NCBI GenBank assembly: GCA_965263295.1
Contig: OZ253665.1
Span: forward strand, 2,112,001-2,176,000
Source: Spirochaetia bacterium
GTDB lineage: Bacteria; Spirochaetota; Spirochaetia; SP-2023
Length of the DNA stretch: 64,000 nt
Direction of reading: 5' to 3'
The position numbers and the translations under genes were made by a program. The notes below the pieces were generated by a model. That model was not told the DNA's origin. It did not search any database and saw only the letters and a program-made list of their open reading frames with translations. Below, piece after piece: positions 52,757 to 62,291 of the stretch (position 1 is the first letter of the stretch; each line of letters starts with the position of its first letter).

Positions 52757-54373
52757 ATGAATATGAAAAAGTTTTATTTATTACTCGCCGCTTCTTTGGC
52801 CGCGCTGCTGGCGCTAGCCTGTGGCCGGACCAAAGAAGTCCAAGGAGATCAAGAGGCTCAGGTGGGTCAGAACGCCGGCCAAGACGAAGTGGTATTTGTG
52901 ATGAATAACGGCACCGAACCACAGTCCTTGGACCCCCATAAATATTCAGGTGTGCCTGAATCCCGCATTTATCAGGCACTTTTTCAGAGCCTGATCACCT
53001 ACGACCCGCAAACCGGGCGCGAGGTCCCTGGAATTGCCGAGTCCTGGAGCAATGACGGTGCCGTGTATACCATGCAGCTGCGCCCGGATCTTGTCTGGAG
53101 CGATGGAGTGAAGATTACGGCCCAGACCGTGCGCGATTCCTGGTTGCGGGGCTTGGATCCCGAAACCGCTTCGCCGTATGCCTGGTTTCCCGCCATGTTC
53201 ATCCAGGGGGCCGCAGACTACAACAGCGGCGCGGCAGGTCCGGAAGCCGTGGCGATTGAGGCCGTGGACGACTACACCTTTCGGTTTGAAACGGTTGGAG
53301 ACTTGCCTTATGTCATCGGCGCCCTGGCGCATTACTCTTTTGGAGTTGTGCCGTTGCACGCGATTGAAAAGTATGGCAACGACTGGACGAAGCCGGAGAA
53401 CTTTGTCGGCAACGGCCCCTTTGTGCTGACCGAGTGGAAGCCGCAAGAAATCATTGTGGCAAAAAAGAATCAGAGTTTCTGGAACAAAGACAATGTGTTC
53501 ATTGATCGCATTGAGTTCCTGCCGATTGAAGACCATAATACGGCCTCCAACATGTACGAGAACGGCGAGCTGGACTGGAATCAATATGTTCCGATTGAAC
53601 AATTCGAAAGCTGGCTCGGACGCGAGGATTTTTACGTTTCGCAGTATCTAGCTACTTATTACTATCAGTTCAATCAGACCCGCGCTCCGTACGACGATGT
53701 GCGCGTGCGCAGGGCCCTGGCCTTGAGCATCGGCCGCGAAGACGTCGCCAATAAATTGGTAGCCCAGGGGCAGACGCCGGCCTACGGTATCGTGCCGCCG
53801 ATGGATGGCTATACCCCCATTGATAGAGTTGAAGAAGATGCCGAGCGGGCCCGGCAGTTGCTCGCGGAGGCCGGTTATCCCGACGGTGAAGGTTTCCCGC
53901 CGATGACGATTCTGTACAATACCAGTGAAAGCCATAAAAAGATTGCCGAATTTATCCAGCAGCGCTGGGGTGAGGTCTTGGGCATCCAGGTCGAATTGGC
54001 CAACCAGGAGTGGAAGACCTTTTTGGCTTCCCGCCGCAACAAGGAATATGATGTCACCTGGGCGGGTTGGATTGGCGACTACCTCGACCCCAATACTTTT
54101 CTGGACATGTTTGCGAGCGGCGGCGCCATGAACGACCCTGGCTATAGCAACCCGCAGTACGACGAGTTAATCGCCGCCGCCGCGCGTCAGCAGGGGGCGG
54201 AGCGCATGGCCAGCTTGCGCCAGGCCGAGGACTTGCTGATTAATCAGGATGTCGTCATCGCTCCCCTGTACTTTTATGTCCGGGTACAACAGTTTGACTC
54301 AAACAAATGGCAAGGCTGGTACACCAATACATTGGACATGCATTCGTATGAAGGCCTGCGCCTCAAACAGTAA
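52757..54373 (+). CDS. oppA: Oligopeptide ABC transporter substrate-binding lipoprotein
   Basis: Lipobox LALAC; NGTEPQSLDP, VGNGPF, GWIGDYLDPNTFL. Confidence 0.93.
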   Translation: MNMKKFYLLLAASLAALLALACGRTKEVQGDQEAQVGQNAGQDEVVFVMNNGTEPQSLDPHKYSGVPESRIYQALFQSLITYDPQTGREVPGIAESWSNDGAVYTMQLRPDLVWSDGVKITAQTVRDSWLRGLDPETASPYAWFPAMFIQGAADYNSGAAGPEAVAIEAVDDYTFRFETVGDLPYVIGALAHYSFGVVPLHAIEKYGNDWTKPENFVGNGPFVLTEWKPQEIIVAKKNQSFWNKDNVFIDRIEFLPIEDHNTASNMYENGELDWNQYVPIEQFESWLGREDFYVSQYLATYYYQFNQTRAPYDDVRVRRALALSIGREDVANKLVAQGQTPAYGIVPPMDGYTPIDRVEEDAERARQLLAEAGYPDGEGFPPMTILYNTSESHKKIAEFIQQRWGEVLGIQVELANQEWKTFLASRRNKEYDVTWAGWIGDYLDPNTFLDMFASGGAMNDPGYSNPQYDELIAAAARQQGAERMASLRQAEDLLINQDVVIAPLYFYVRVQQFDSNKWQGWYTNTLDMHSYEGLRLKQ

Positions 54374-54384
54374 AACGGCGTGGT

Positions 54385-54434
54385 CGGGCCCCCGCTGGAC
54401 GCCGCGTTGGATGACGCCCCGCGGGGCCCGTTTT
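54385..54434 (+). terminator. GC-rich stem-loop with a short U-tract between oppA and oppB
   Basis: CGGGCCCCCGC...GCGGGGCCCG followed by TTTT. Confidence 0.5.
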
Positions 54435-54451
54435 GCCTTTAAGGACTTGGA

Positions 54452-55393
54452 GTGAGTATGGGCTTATTTTTGCTGCGCCGCATCCTGGGTATGGCAATCA
54501 CCTTGTGGGTCATTCTCACCGTCAGTTTTTTCTTTATACGCCTGGCGCCGGGCGGCCCGTTTCTGGCCGAACGCAACTTGCCCGAAGAAGTGGTGCGCAA
54601 TCTGGAGCGCCAATACGGTCTGGACCAGCCCCTGCTCATCCAATACCTGAAGTACATCGGCAACTTTGCCCGCGGAGACCTGGGCTTTTCCATGAATTAC
54701 CTGGATCGGGATATCTTGTACTTTATTCAGGCCAATTTGCCGGTTTCCATGTTCCTGGGCGTGGTGACCCTGATTTATGCCGTGATTATCGGCCTAAGTT
54801 CGGGTGTCTGTGCCGCGCTCCGGCAAAACTCCTGGCTGGATTACCTGGTCATGGCGGGGGCGACCGTGGGGATATCGGTTCCAATCTTCGTGGTGGGGCC
54901 CGTTTTGATGTATATTTTTGCCATGAAGCTGCAGTGGCTGCCGACTTCCGGCTGGATTCACGGGCGCAACGGCAGCTGGCTGAACATGATCATGCCGGTG
55001 ATTGCCCTGGGTTTCCCGGTCGTGGCGAATATCGCGCGCCTGATGCGCGCCAGCGTTTTGGAAACTTTGCAGAGCGATTTTATCCGCACGGCCTACGCCA
55101 AGGGGCTGAGTACGACGCGAATTGTCTTGCGCCACGTCTTGCGTGCTTCAATCACGCCGGTGATCAGTTATCTTGGGCCGGCTTTCGCCGGCATTGTTAC
55201 CGGCAGTGTGGTGGTCGAAACCATCTTCCGCATTCCGGGCCTAGGAAAGCTCTTTGTGCAGTCTTCATTTAACCGCGACTACACCATGATCATGGGCCTG
55301 GTGCTGGTTTACTCTTCTCTTCTGATTCTCTCTAATTTTGTCGTAGACATACTTTACGCCTATATTGATCCGCGTGTGGGCAAGAGGCGCTAG
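54452..55393 (+). CDS. oppB: Oligopeptide ABC transporter permease
   Basis: LAPGGPF, DFIRTAYAKGL, ETIFRIPGLG, NRDY. Confidence 0.93.
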   Translation: MSMGLFLLRRILGMAITLWVILTVSFFFIRLAPGGPFLAERNLPEEVVRNLERQYGLDQPLLIQYLKYIGNFARGDLGFSMNYLDRDILYFIQANLPVSMFLGVVTLIYAVIIGLSSGVCAALRQNSWLDYLVMAGATVGISVPIFVVGPVLMYIFAMKLQWLPTSGWIHGRNGSWLNMIMPVIALGFPVVANIARLMRASVLETLQSDFIRTAYAKGLSTTRIVLRHVLRASITPVISYLGPAFAGIVTGSVVVETIFRIPGLGKLFVQSSFNRDYTMIMGLVLVYSSLLILSNFVVDILYAYIDPRVGKRR

Positions 55394-55455
55394 AGCCCAG
55401 GAAACGTCAAGGACGCTCCAAGAAGTCTAAGGAAAACCTCAGGAAGGATTGCGCG

Positions 55456-56595
55456 ATGAACACCAAACACGATAGTCCTGTGCACAGTAGCTTGCAGATT
55501 GAGCCGCGACGTGAGGAGCCTGGCGCGGCCGAGTCCCTGAGCGCGAATGCTGACTTCAACAGCGAAAAGAGCATCAGCCTGACGCGCGATGCGCTGCGCC
55601 GCCTGCGCAAAAACAGGATGGCCATGATGGCCCTGCTCGTCTTGCTGCTGTATGTGCTGGTCTCCTTCAGTGCCAATTGGTTGCCGATTTATTCGTACAA
55701 ATTCCAGATATTGGATCACAAGAATCTGCCTCCTTCTTTGACCAAGACGGCCGGGCAGCTGTGGTATGAGCGCGAGCTCAAACTGGCACAGCGTCTTGCC
55801 GCACGCCAGGAGCGCGATCTGAATGACGCAGAGCAAAAGAAACTGGCCGCCATTGAGTACAAAATAGAGCATGATCGCATGGAAATTAATGGCGAAATGC
55901 TCAATCCCCATTTGCGTCATTACTGGCTCGGTACCGATGCACTGGGTCGCGACGTCTTGAGCCGAACTATTTATGGCGGCCGCATCTCGATCAGCATTGG
56001 CCTGATCGGCGCCTTGACCGCAGTGCTGATCGGCATCGTGGTCGGTGCGGTCGCGGGTTTTTATGGCGGCCGCATTGATTACATGTTGATGCGTTTTGTC
56101 GACGTGCTCTATGGCCTGCCGTATATGCTGCTGGTCGTCGTGCTGATGGCCGTCCTGGGCAAAAGTATATTGAACCTCTACATCGCCCTGGCCCTGATTA
56201 GCTGGCTGACCGTGGCGCGCGTGGTGCGGGGACAGATACTTTCGCTTAAACATGCCGAGTTTGTCGAGGCGGCGCGCACCATGGGTGCCAGCACCGCCCG
56301 CATCATCATTAAACATATGATACCGAATACTTTAGGTGTCATCATCGTGTTCACCACTTTGCGCATCCCGGCTTTCATCATGGCCGAGGCTTTTCTCTCT
56401 TTCCTGGGCCTGGGGGTTTCGGCGCCGCTGGCTTCCTGGGGCTCTCTGATCGGAGTGGCCGTTCCCGCGCTTGAAACCTATTCTTGGCAGCTGTTCGTGC
56501 CTTCGCTCGCCATGATTGTCTTTCTGTTTGCCATGAACTTTTTGGGCGACGGTTTGCGCGACGCCTTTGATCCCAAAGGCAAAGTTAAAAATTAA
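55456..56595 (+). CDS. oppC: Oligopeptide ABC transporter permease
   Basis: LGTDALGRD, EFVEAARTMG, EAFLSFLGLG, NFLGDGLRDAFDP. Confidence 0.93.
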   Translation: MNTKHDSPVHSSLQIEPRREEPGAAESLSANADFNSEKSISLTRDALRRLRKNRMAMMALLVLLLYVLVSFSANWLPIYSYKFQILDHKNLPPSLTKTAGQLWYERELKLAQRLAARQERDLNDAEQKKLAAIEYKIEHDRMEINGEMLNPHLRHYWLGTDALGRDVLSRTIYGGRISISIGLIGALTAVLIGIVVGAVAGFYGGRIDYMLMRFVDVLYGLPYMLLVVVLMAVLGKSILNLYIALALISWLTVARVVRGQILSLKHAEFVEAARTMGASTARIIIKHMIPNTLGVIIVFTTLRIPAFIMAEAFLSFLGLGVSAPLASWGSLIGVAVPALETYSWQLFVPSLAMIVFLFAMNFLGDGLRDAFDPKGKVKN

Positions 56596-56659
56596 AGGTA
56601 ATCAGACTCATCTGGGACAGGGGCCGTCGAGCGCTCTGTGCCAGAGCGGGGGAAGCGAT

Positions 56660-57736
56660 ATGAAAGACGTGATTTTGCAAGTGGATAATTTGTCTACCGA
56701 ATTCTCTACCAAGGACGGCGTGATTAATGCCGTCAATGAAGTCAGCTTCTCACTGCGCCAGGGCGAGGTTCTGGGCCTGGTGGGCGAATCTGGCTGTGGC
56801 AAGTCGGTGACCGTAATGTCTTTGTTGCGCTTGTTGCCAAAGCATTCGGCGCGCAGCCGGGGGCGCGTGCTGTTCCGCGGCCAAGATCTGCTGCAAATAA
56901 CAGACAGGCAACTGCAACAAGTGCGGGGCAACAAGATTTCGATGATTTTTCAGGATCCGATGACTTCGCTCAACCCCTACATGCGGATTGCGGACCAGAT
57001 CACCGAAACCATGCGGGTACACAAGAAGATGAAACGGCACGAGGAGCGTCAGCGCTGCCTGGAGCTCCTGCAAGCGGTGGGCATCCGAAATGCCGAGCGA
57101 CGCATGAACAGTTTTCCGCACGAATTTTCTGGGGGTATGCGGCAGCGCGTGATGATTGCGATGGCCCTCGCCTGCGAGCCGGATGTGATAATCGCCGATG
57201 AGCCGACTACGGCCCTGGACGTCAGTGTCCAGGTGCAGTTTCTGGATGTTCTGAAAGACCTGGCGGAACGTTTTGGCACTAGCGTGATCTTCATTACGCA
57301 CGACTTGAGCGTGATCGCCAATATATGCGACCGCGTGGCCGTAATGTATGCCGGCCGAATTATCGAGACCGCCCCTGTCGAAAGTTTATTTGCGAGTCCG
57401 AGCCACCCGTATACCCAAGGCCTTCTGGACTCGGTGGTGCAGTTGTATGAACGCCAGGAGGGAGACCTGCGGATAATTGAAGGGCAGCCCCCCATTCTGA
57501 TTGACATGCCCGAAGCTTGCCTGTTTTTCCCGCGCTGTAAATATACGCGAGCTAAATGCCGCAGTGCCCGGCCGCAATTGCAGCCCGTGGCGGCGGCCCG
57601 CATGTCCGAAACTCATATGTCAGAAACTCGCATTTCAGAAACCCATATGGCCGCCGGCGCAACTCTCCCGCCGCAAACTCTGCACCGCGCCGCTTGCTGG
57701 CGCTTGCAGGAGGGCTGGGAAGTTGAGGAACGTTGA
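56660..57736 (+). CDS. oppD: Oligopeptide ABC transporter ATP-binding protein
   Basis: [29 protein letters not shown]. Confidence 0.93.
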   Translation: MKDVILQVDNLSTEFSTKDGVINAVNEVSFSLRQGEVLGLVGESGCGKSVTVMSLLRLLPKHSARSRGRVLFRGQDLLQITDRQLQQVRGNKISMIFQDPMTSLNPYMRIADQITETMRVHKKMKRHEERQRCLELLQAVGIRNAERRMNSFPHEFSGGMRQRVMIAMALACEPDVIIADEPTTALDVSVQVQFLDVLKDLAERFGTSVIFITHDLSVIANICDRVAVMYAGRIIETAPVESLFASPSHPYTQGLLDSVVQLYERQEGDLRIIEGQPPILIDMPEACLFFPRCKYTRAKCRSARPQLQPVAAARMSETHMSETRISETHMAAGATLPPQTLHRAACWRLQEGWEVEER

Positions 57737-57737
57737 T

Positions 57738-58730
57738 ATGGCAGAAGATATTCTCTTGCAAATCAAGGATTTAAAAGTCCATTTCCCGACCGGTGGGCCC
57801 ATCCCGTGGGGAAAATCCAGAGACTGTGTCAAAGCGGTCGATGGCATTAGTTTTTCGGTGCCGAAAGGCAGTACTTTCGGACTGGTCGGAGAGTCTGGTT
57901 GCGGTAAAAGTACCACCGCGCGGACAGTTGTCCTTTTAAACAAACCGACTGCCGGGCACATCATTTTTGGTACGACGGATATTGCGAGCGCTAAAAATAA
58001 GGAAATACTCGCACTGCGCCGCGATATCCAGATGATCTTTCAAGACCCTTATGCCTCGTTAAGTTCTCGCATGACTGTGCAGTCTATTATTGCGGAGCCG
58101 CTGCAGATTCTGCGCAACAATCGAGTACTTGACATCAGCAAGCAGGAAATCGGCGCGCGCGTCGCAGACTTACTGCAAAAGGTGGGACTGCGCGATTCCA
58201 TGAAAAAACGTTTCCCGCACGAGTTTTCGGGTGGACAGCGGCAACGCATTGGCATTGCAAGGGCCATCGCCAGTTTCCCGAAGCTGGTAATTTGCGATGA
58301 GCCGATCAGCGCTCTGGACGTCAGCGTTCAGGCCCAGATACTGAATCTACTGCGCCACTTGCAGGAGGCTTTGGGTTTGACTTACTTATTCATTGCCCAC
58401 GATTTGACGGTTGTAGAATACATCTGTGACCGCATCGGCGTGATGTATCTGGGATCAATGATGGAAGTTGCCGACTCTGCTGTTTTGCGTGTGCGGCCTT
58501 TGCACCCTTATACGCAAATGTTGTTGTCGGCTGTGCTGGTGCCAGATCCGGCAAAAGCTCGATGGAGCGACCACCGCAAGGTGCGCGGCGAGGCCGAGCT
58601 GTTGTCTGCGGATTTGGGCTGCCCGTTTTTTCATCGTTGCCCGCAACGTATGGCGAAGTGCCAGGAGCAGAAGCCTCAGCTGCGCGAGGTGGAAGGTGGC
58701 CACCAGGTCGCTTGCCATCTGTACGATTGA
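57738..58730 (+). CDS. oppF: Oligopeptide ABC transporter ATP-binding protein
   Basis: [35 protein letters not shown]. Confidence 0.93.
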   Translation: MAEDILLQIKDLKVHFPTGGPIPWGKSRDCVKAVDGISFSVPKGSTFGLVGESGCGKSTTARTVVLLNKPTAGHIIFGTTDIASAKNKEILALRRDIQMIFQDPYASLSSRMTVQSIIAEPLQILRNNRVLDISKQEIGARVADLLQKVGLRDSMKKRFPHEFSGGQRQRIGIARAIASFPKLVICDEPISALDVSVQAQILNLLRHLQEALGLTYLFIAHDLTVVEYICDRIGVMYLGSMMEVADSAVLRVRPLHPYTQMLLSAVLVPDPAKARWSDHRKVRGEAELLSADLGCPFFHRCPQRMAKCQEQKPQLREVEGGHQVACHLYD

Positions 58731-58785
58731 TTCTGGCTCTCTAACCGGCAACTTGTCGGGGCTGGGGGCTGTCTCTGCTTGCAAT

Positions 58786-59592
58786 TCACTGACGTAAAAT
58801 TAGTTCAGGCACAATGGAGTGCAAGCGTTGCAGAAACGCAGCTTGAAAAAAGGCAGAGCTAGCTGAGCTCCAGGCCGCAGCTTCTGTCCTCGTCTCAAGC
58901 TGCGGATAACGCTCAGTCGGCTGTACTTTTTGCAAAGCGATCTGAAAGCCCTGACTCGGCATAAAGCCCGCTGCCCGGAGAGCCCGTAGTTCAGCTTCCA
59001 GGTCCGTCAAGCTCCAGACTTCAGGCGCCAAGGTCAGACGGATCTCCGCGCTACGCCGGACTGATCCCCGTGTTTCAGCACCGAACAGGTTCTGAAGCTG
59101 CCACAGCAGAGATTTTACTTTTTTCGGCAATTGTACATTGCGACCACGGCTTGCCCCCACGGCCTGTAGGTAAGGACCATCGTTATCAGCGCTCAAAAGC
59201 GGGGCCTTGAGATCCAGGCCCAACCAATCCAGACGACGTTCATCAAACTGCTGCAAAATCATGTCCGGATTATAACCCGCGCTATGCATTCCTAATTTCA
59301 TATCCGGGAAATCGTTGCGCAGGCCACCCAAAATCCGTTGCAGCGTCGCAGCATCCAGGCTGCTCGGCTCCCCGCCACTGAGGACAAAAGCCTCTAGCAT
59401 GCCTTGATGAGCGCGGATTTTCGCTAGCACTTCCCGCTCAAAAAAGGCCCAGTCCACGGGACAATACTCTTGCAAGACCCAACTGTGACAATGGGGACAA
59501 CGCAACGGGCAGCCCCGTAAATAAAGGCTGCAAGCCAAGGCATCAGGGTAATCAATCAGGGTAAACTCAATAAATTCCATCGCACCTGTCAA
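58786..59592 (-). CDS. nrdG: Radical SAM protein, anaerobic ribonucleotide reductase activase-like
   Basis: TLIDYPDALAC..LRGCPLRCPHCH (CxxxCxxC), LSGGEP, LGLDLKAP; start uncertain. Confidence 0.75.
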   Translation of the reverse strand: MTGAMEFIEFTLIDYPDALACSLYLRGCPLRCPHCHSWVLQEYCPVDWAFFEREVLAKIRAHQGMLEAFVLSGGEPSSLDAATLQRILGGLRNDFPDMKLGMHSAGYNPDMILQQFDERRLDWLGLDLKAPLLSADNDGPYLQAVGASRGRNVQLPKKVKSLLWQLQNLFGAETRGSVRRSAEIRLTLAPEVWSLTDLEAELRALRAAGFMPSQGFQIALQKVQPTERYPQLETRTEAAAWSSASSAFFQAAFLQRLHSIVPELILRQ

Positions 59593-59705
59593 CCGCAGCT
59601 TCGGCGGAACCCCAAGCTAGAAAACATTGCCAGAAGGCTCTACGACTGAACGATTTCGCTCAAAGTTTCCGCGGATCCGCCCAATAATTGGGAATGGCGA
59701 GGAGA

Positions 59706-60869
59706 CTACTCTTTGGCTAAGTCGCGAAACTGGGCAAAATATTTGGCCAAAAGTTCAGCTCGTTTTTGCTCAAAAGGGATTTCACGCCAAAAAAATTGCC
59801 GCAACTCCGGATGAAAACGCATCTGTCCGCGCGACTCCTCCTGTATCCACTGGCAATATGCAGCCACGAAAGCTTGTTGCTCATTTTTACCTGGAAAGTT
59901 AAGCTTGCGGTATAAGTCATAAAATCCTCCCGTTAAGCCTTTTTCCAACCAGTAGCCTCCGGCTGCCAGTTTGGCCGTCTCCCAGCGATAATTGGCCAGG
60001 GCTGTCAGTACCGCGCGCTGGGTATTAGGCGCATACAGTGGGATGACAATCCGCCCGCGACTCTGCGTGCGTTCCAAGCGATCAAATGCTTCCCAACAAG
60101 TCCCATAGTTTGCATACGAAGTTACGAGTATAACATACGGCTCCAAGTCCACTGTTTCTTTCAGTAATTTACGAGTGAAGACTTGTGGATCTATGTCTTT
60201 GACCAGTTCAATGGTTTTCTGTACCGCCTCGCGCGAGGCGATCTGCTGCAAGACAGGACGCATCAAGTCGTTTTTGTGCAAAAAAGGCGTGGCGGTACTT
60301 CTAGCTTGCGCACACATTTTTGCCACGGTCTTTTCAAGGCCTGTGGCCTCACGAATTAAATATAGATTCCTAAAACCGTCATCCTTGCCATTTTTTTCAG
60401 GCTCCTTCTTTACTGGCTTGACCTGCGCCCCTTCGGGTTGTAGCGGGGGCACGGCACCACTGCTAATATTGTGAAACCATTCATCGGTATAGAATACCAG
60501 ACAAGACCCAGAACTATGCAACGGCACCATCTGCAGGGCTTCACAGTCTTCGGGGGCAAGATCCGAAATATGCACTAGCCCATAACGCATGAACAGACGC
60601 GGGCTATTTAATTCAGCAGAGACACAATATGGCAGCAAAGTCTTCAAGGCATTTTGCCAATAAACACGAAACAATGTCGAACTATGCTTTAGGCGCTCCT
60701 GTTTGCGCTGCAAAGATATCGACTGATAATTCTCAAGACTGGTTTCCAAAACTTTTAATTCAGAAAACAGCTCCCGAATATCGGTCTCATAATGTTCATT
60801 CAACTGGCCGTGAGCAACGGTGCTAAAAAGTTTGTTTTCAACAGCATTATGCAAATTCATAGGGGTCAC
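59706..60869 (-). CDS. Conserved spirochaete hypothetical protein
   Basis: 387-aa ORF; C-terminal PYVILV..CWEAFDR..SRGRIVIPLY..RWETAK..GLTG..FWREIPF resembles uncharacterised spirochaete proteins (from memory). Confidence 0.7.
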   Translation of the reverse strand: MTPMNLHNAVENKLFSTVAHGQLNEHYETDIRELFSELKVLETSLENYQSISLQRKQERLKHSSTLFRVYWQNALKTLLPYCVSAELNSPRLFMRYGLVHISDLAPEDCEALQMVPLHSSGSCLVFYTDEWFHNISSGAVPPLQPEGAQVKPVKKEPEKNGKDDGFRNLYLIREATGLEKTVAKMCAQARSTATPFLHKNDLMRPVLQQIASREAVQKTIELVKDIDPQVFTRKLLKETVDLEPYVILVTSYANYGTCWEAFDRLERTQSRGRIVIPLYAPNTQRAVLTALANYRWETAKLAAGGYWLEKGLTGGFYDLYRKLNFPGKNEQQAFVAAYCQWIQEESRGQMRFHPELRQFFWREIPFEQKRAELLAKYFAQFRDLAKE

Positions 60870-61302
60870 CGTTTAACTATCTGAAAGAGAAATACAAAAA
60901 TAACGGAAAACTAAACTACAGCAAAAATAGAATATGGTCTAAGACCTTGACTTACAAAATATCGCCGTAGAATGCTAGGGACATACCCGATAGATGTCTA
61001 GTCTAAATATTCTGAAAAAAACAAATCGCCATTAGAGAACAATATAGATTAAAGTTGGCGAGCTGAATTCTCAAGCTAAGCGCAATTTCCAGTAAGACTT
61101 GTCATAGACGACTTGTGAGGGGGCTGACTTGTGCCGGCCAGAATGGTTCAATAGCCCGAATTTTCGTTTTGCATTTTGCATGTGAAATGCGGTTTTTCAT
61201 CTTCAGTTTAGAGGGACGAATCTCGGACGAGGGCAGAATAGGTTTCTAAAGAAACTACGTGCGGTGCTTTCGCCAGGAAAAGAATTCTGTATAATAGCAT
61301 CC

Positions 61303-61857
61303 ATGTTTTTTAATATGTTGCGCAAAATTACTATAGCCCGACTTCTGATTATTGCCCTACTGCTAATGTTTCCGGCACTTGCCTTGCTATCTTGTAGCAG
61401 TACCCCGACACTTGAAGATGAGTCGCCGAGTCTCTACTTTAAGGCTGCTGAAATGGCCCGCTTCCAACGCAAGCGCCAGCGAGCTATAGGACTTTACCAG
61501 CTGATCCAATTGCGCTTTGCGGACAACTTTCCCATTTTGCTTGAAGCTGAATTCAGCATTGCCCAAATCTACTTTTCCTGGAATGGGCACGACGAGGAGG
61601 CCAAGACTCACTACGAAAATGTCGTTCAATTTTACCAGCGTCCGGAAATTGGTACAGACACTTTTCCATTGGGCTACCTCAATCTGGCGCTACAAAATCT
61701 GCAAACGATCGCGCGTCGCCGAGGATTTAGCTTTTTACCGCCTAAGACCGATGGTGTGCACACCCTTCACAAAACAAAAGAGGACAAACCTGCGACAGAG
61801 CAAGCTGAAGCCACCAAGCAGATTAATGCTAGTGCCGATACACCGGCAGCAGAATAA
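61303..61857 (+). CDS. TPR lipoprotein, spirochaete BamD-like
   Basis: Signal peptide ending LLSC; TPR-like helices AIGLYQLIQLRF..EAEFSIAQIYF..EEAKTHYENVV; start at 61303 or 61315. Confidence 0.6.
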   Translation: MFFNMLRKITIARLLIIALLLMFPALALLSCSSTPTLEDESPSLYFKAAEMARFQRKRQRAIGLYQLIQLRFADNFPILLEAEFSIAQIYFSWNGHDEEAKTHYENVVQFYQRPEIGTDTFPLGYLNLALQNLQTIARRRGFSFLPPKTDGVHTLHKTKEDKPATEQAEATKQINASADTPAAE

Positions 61858-62291
61858 GCTCCTAAAAATAGGGCATACTTATGATTGTCTTTCAAGCGAT
61901 ACACTGGCTACTTTGCCCCTTGGCAATTGAGCCGGGCTTACCCATGTTGTTCTCCATCAGTATGGGGGGGGGCGCCCTTACAATGTCTTACCGCGGCCAC
62001 GGCCAAAATACTTTTGATTCCGAAGTAAAACTCCTCCATTGGCATTTGCTGTTCCCTGCCTCCGCACTGCCAGCGATTTTAGCCAGCAAGCGAGCTGCGG
62101 TCTCAAACCTGGACACAACTGGCCTCGCTTCTGCCGGCTTCAGCCTCAGAAGAACTGTAGTCAAATCTCTAATGGGCCCCAGTCCATTCCCCAAACTGGG
62201 CCTTCCGTTCTCGTAAGATGCTGCTGCAACGGCAACTAGTTCCGGGCCAGGCAGTACAAAAAACTGGGAGGCCGAGAGCGAATTGGCCTGA

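Noticed and set aside
52331..58730. tRNA-Pro as an integration site for the GC-rich opp block
   Set aside because: No integrase or duplicated tRNA 3' end seen, and the block lies on the tRNA's 5' side
61119..61260. GGGGCTGA as a possible tmRNA 5' end
   Set aside because: No GGATTCGAC-like continuation, tag reading frame or tRNA-like 3' end found
61881..62216. 111-aa ORF containing a G9 run (possible phase variation)
   Set aside because: No family resemblance, competing ORFs on both strands, and no evidence that it is coding
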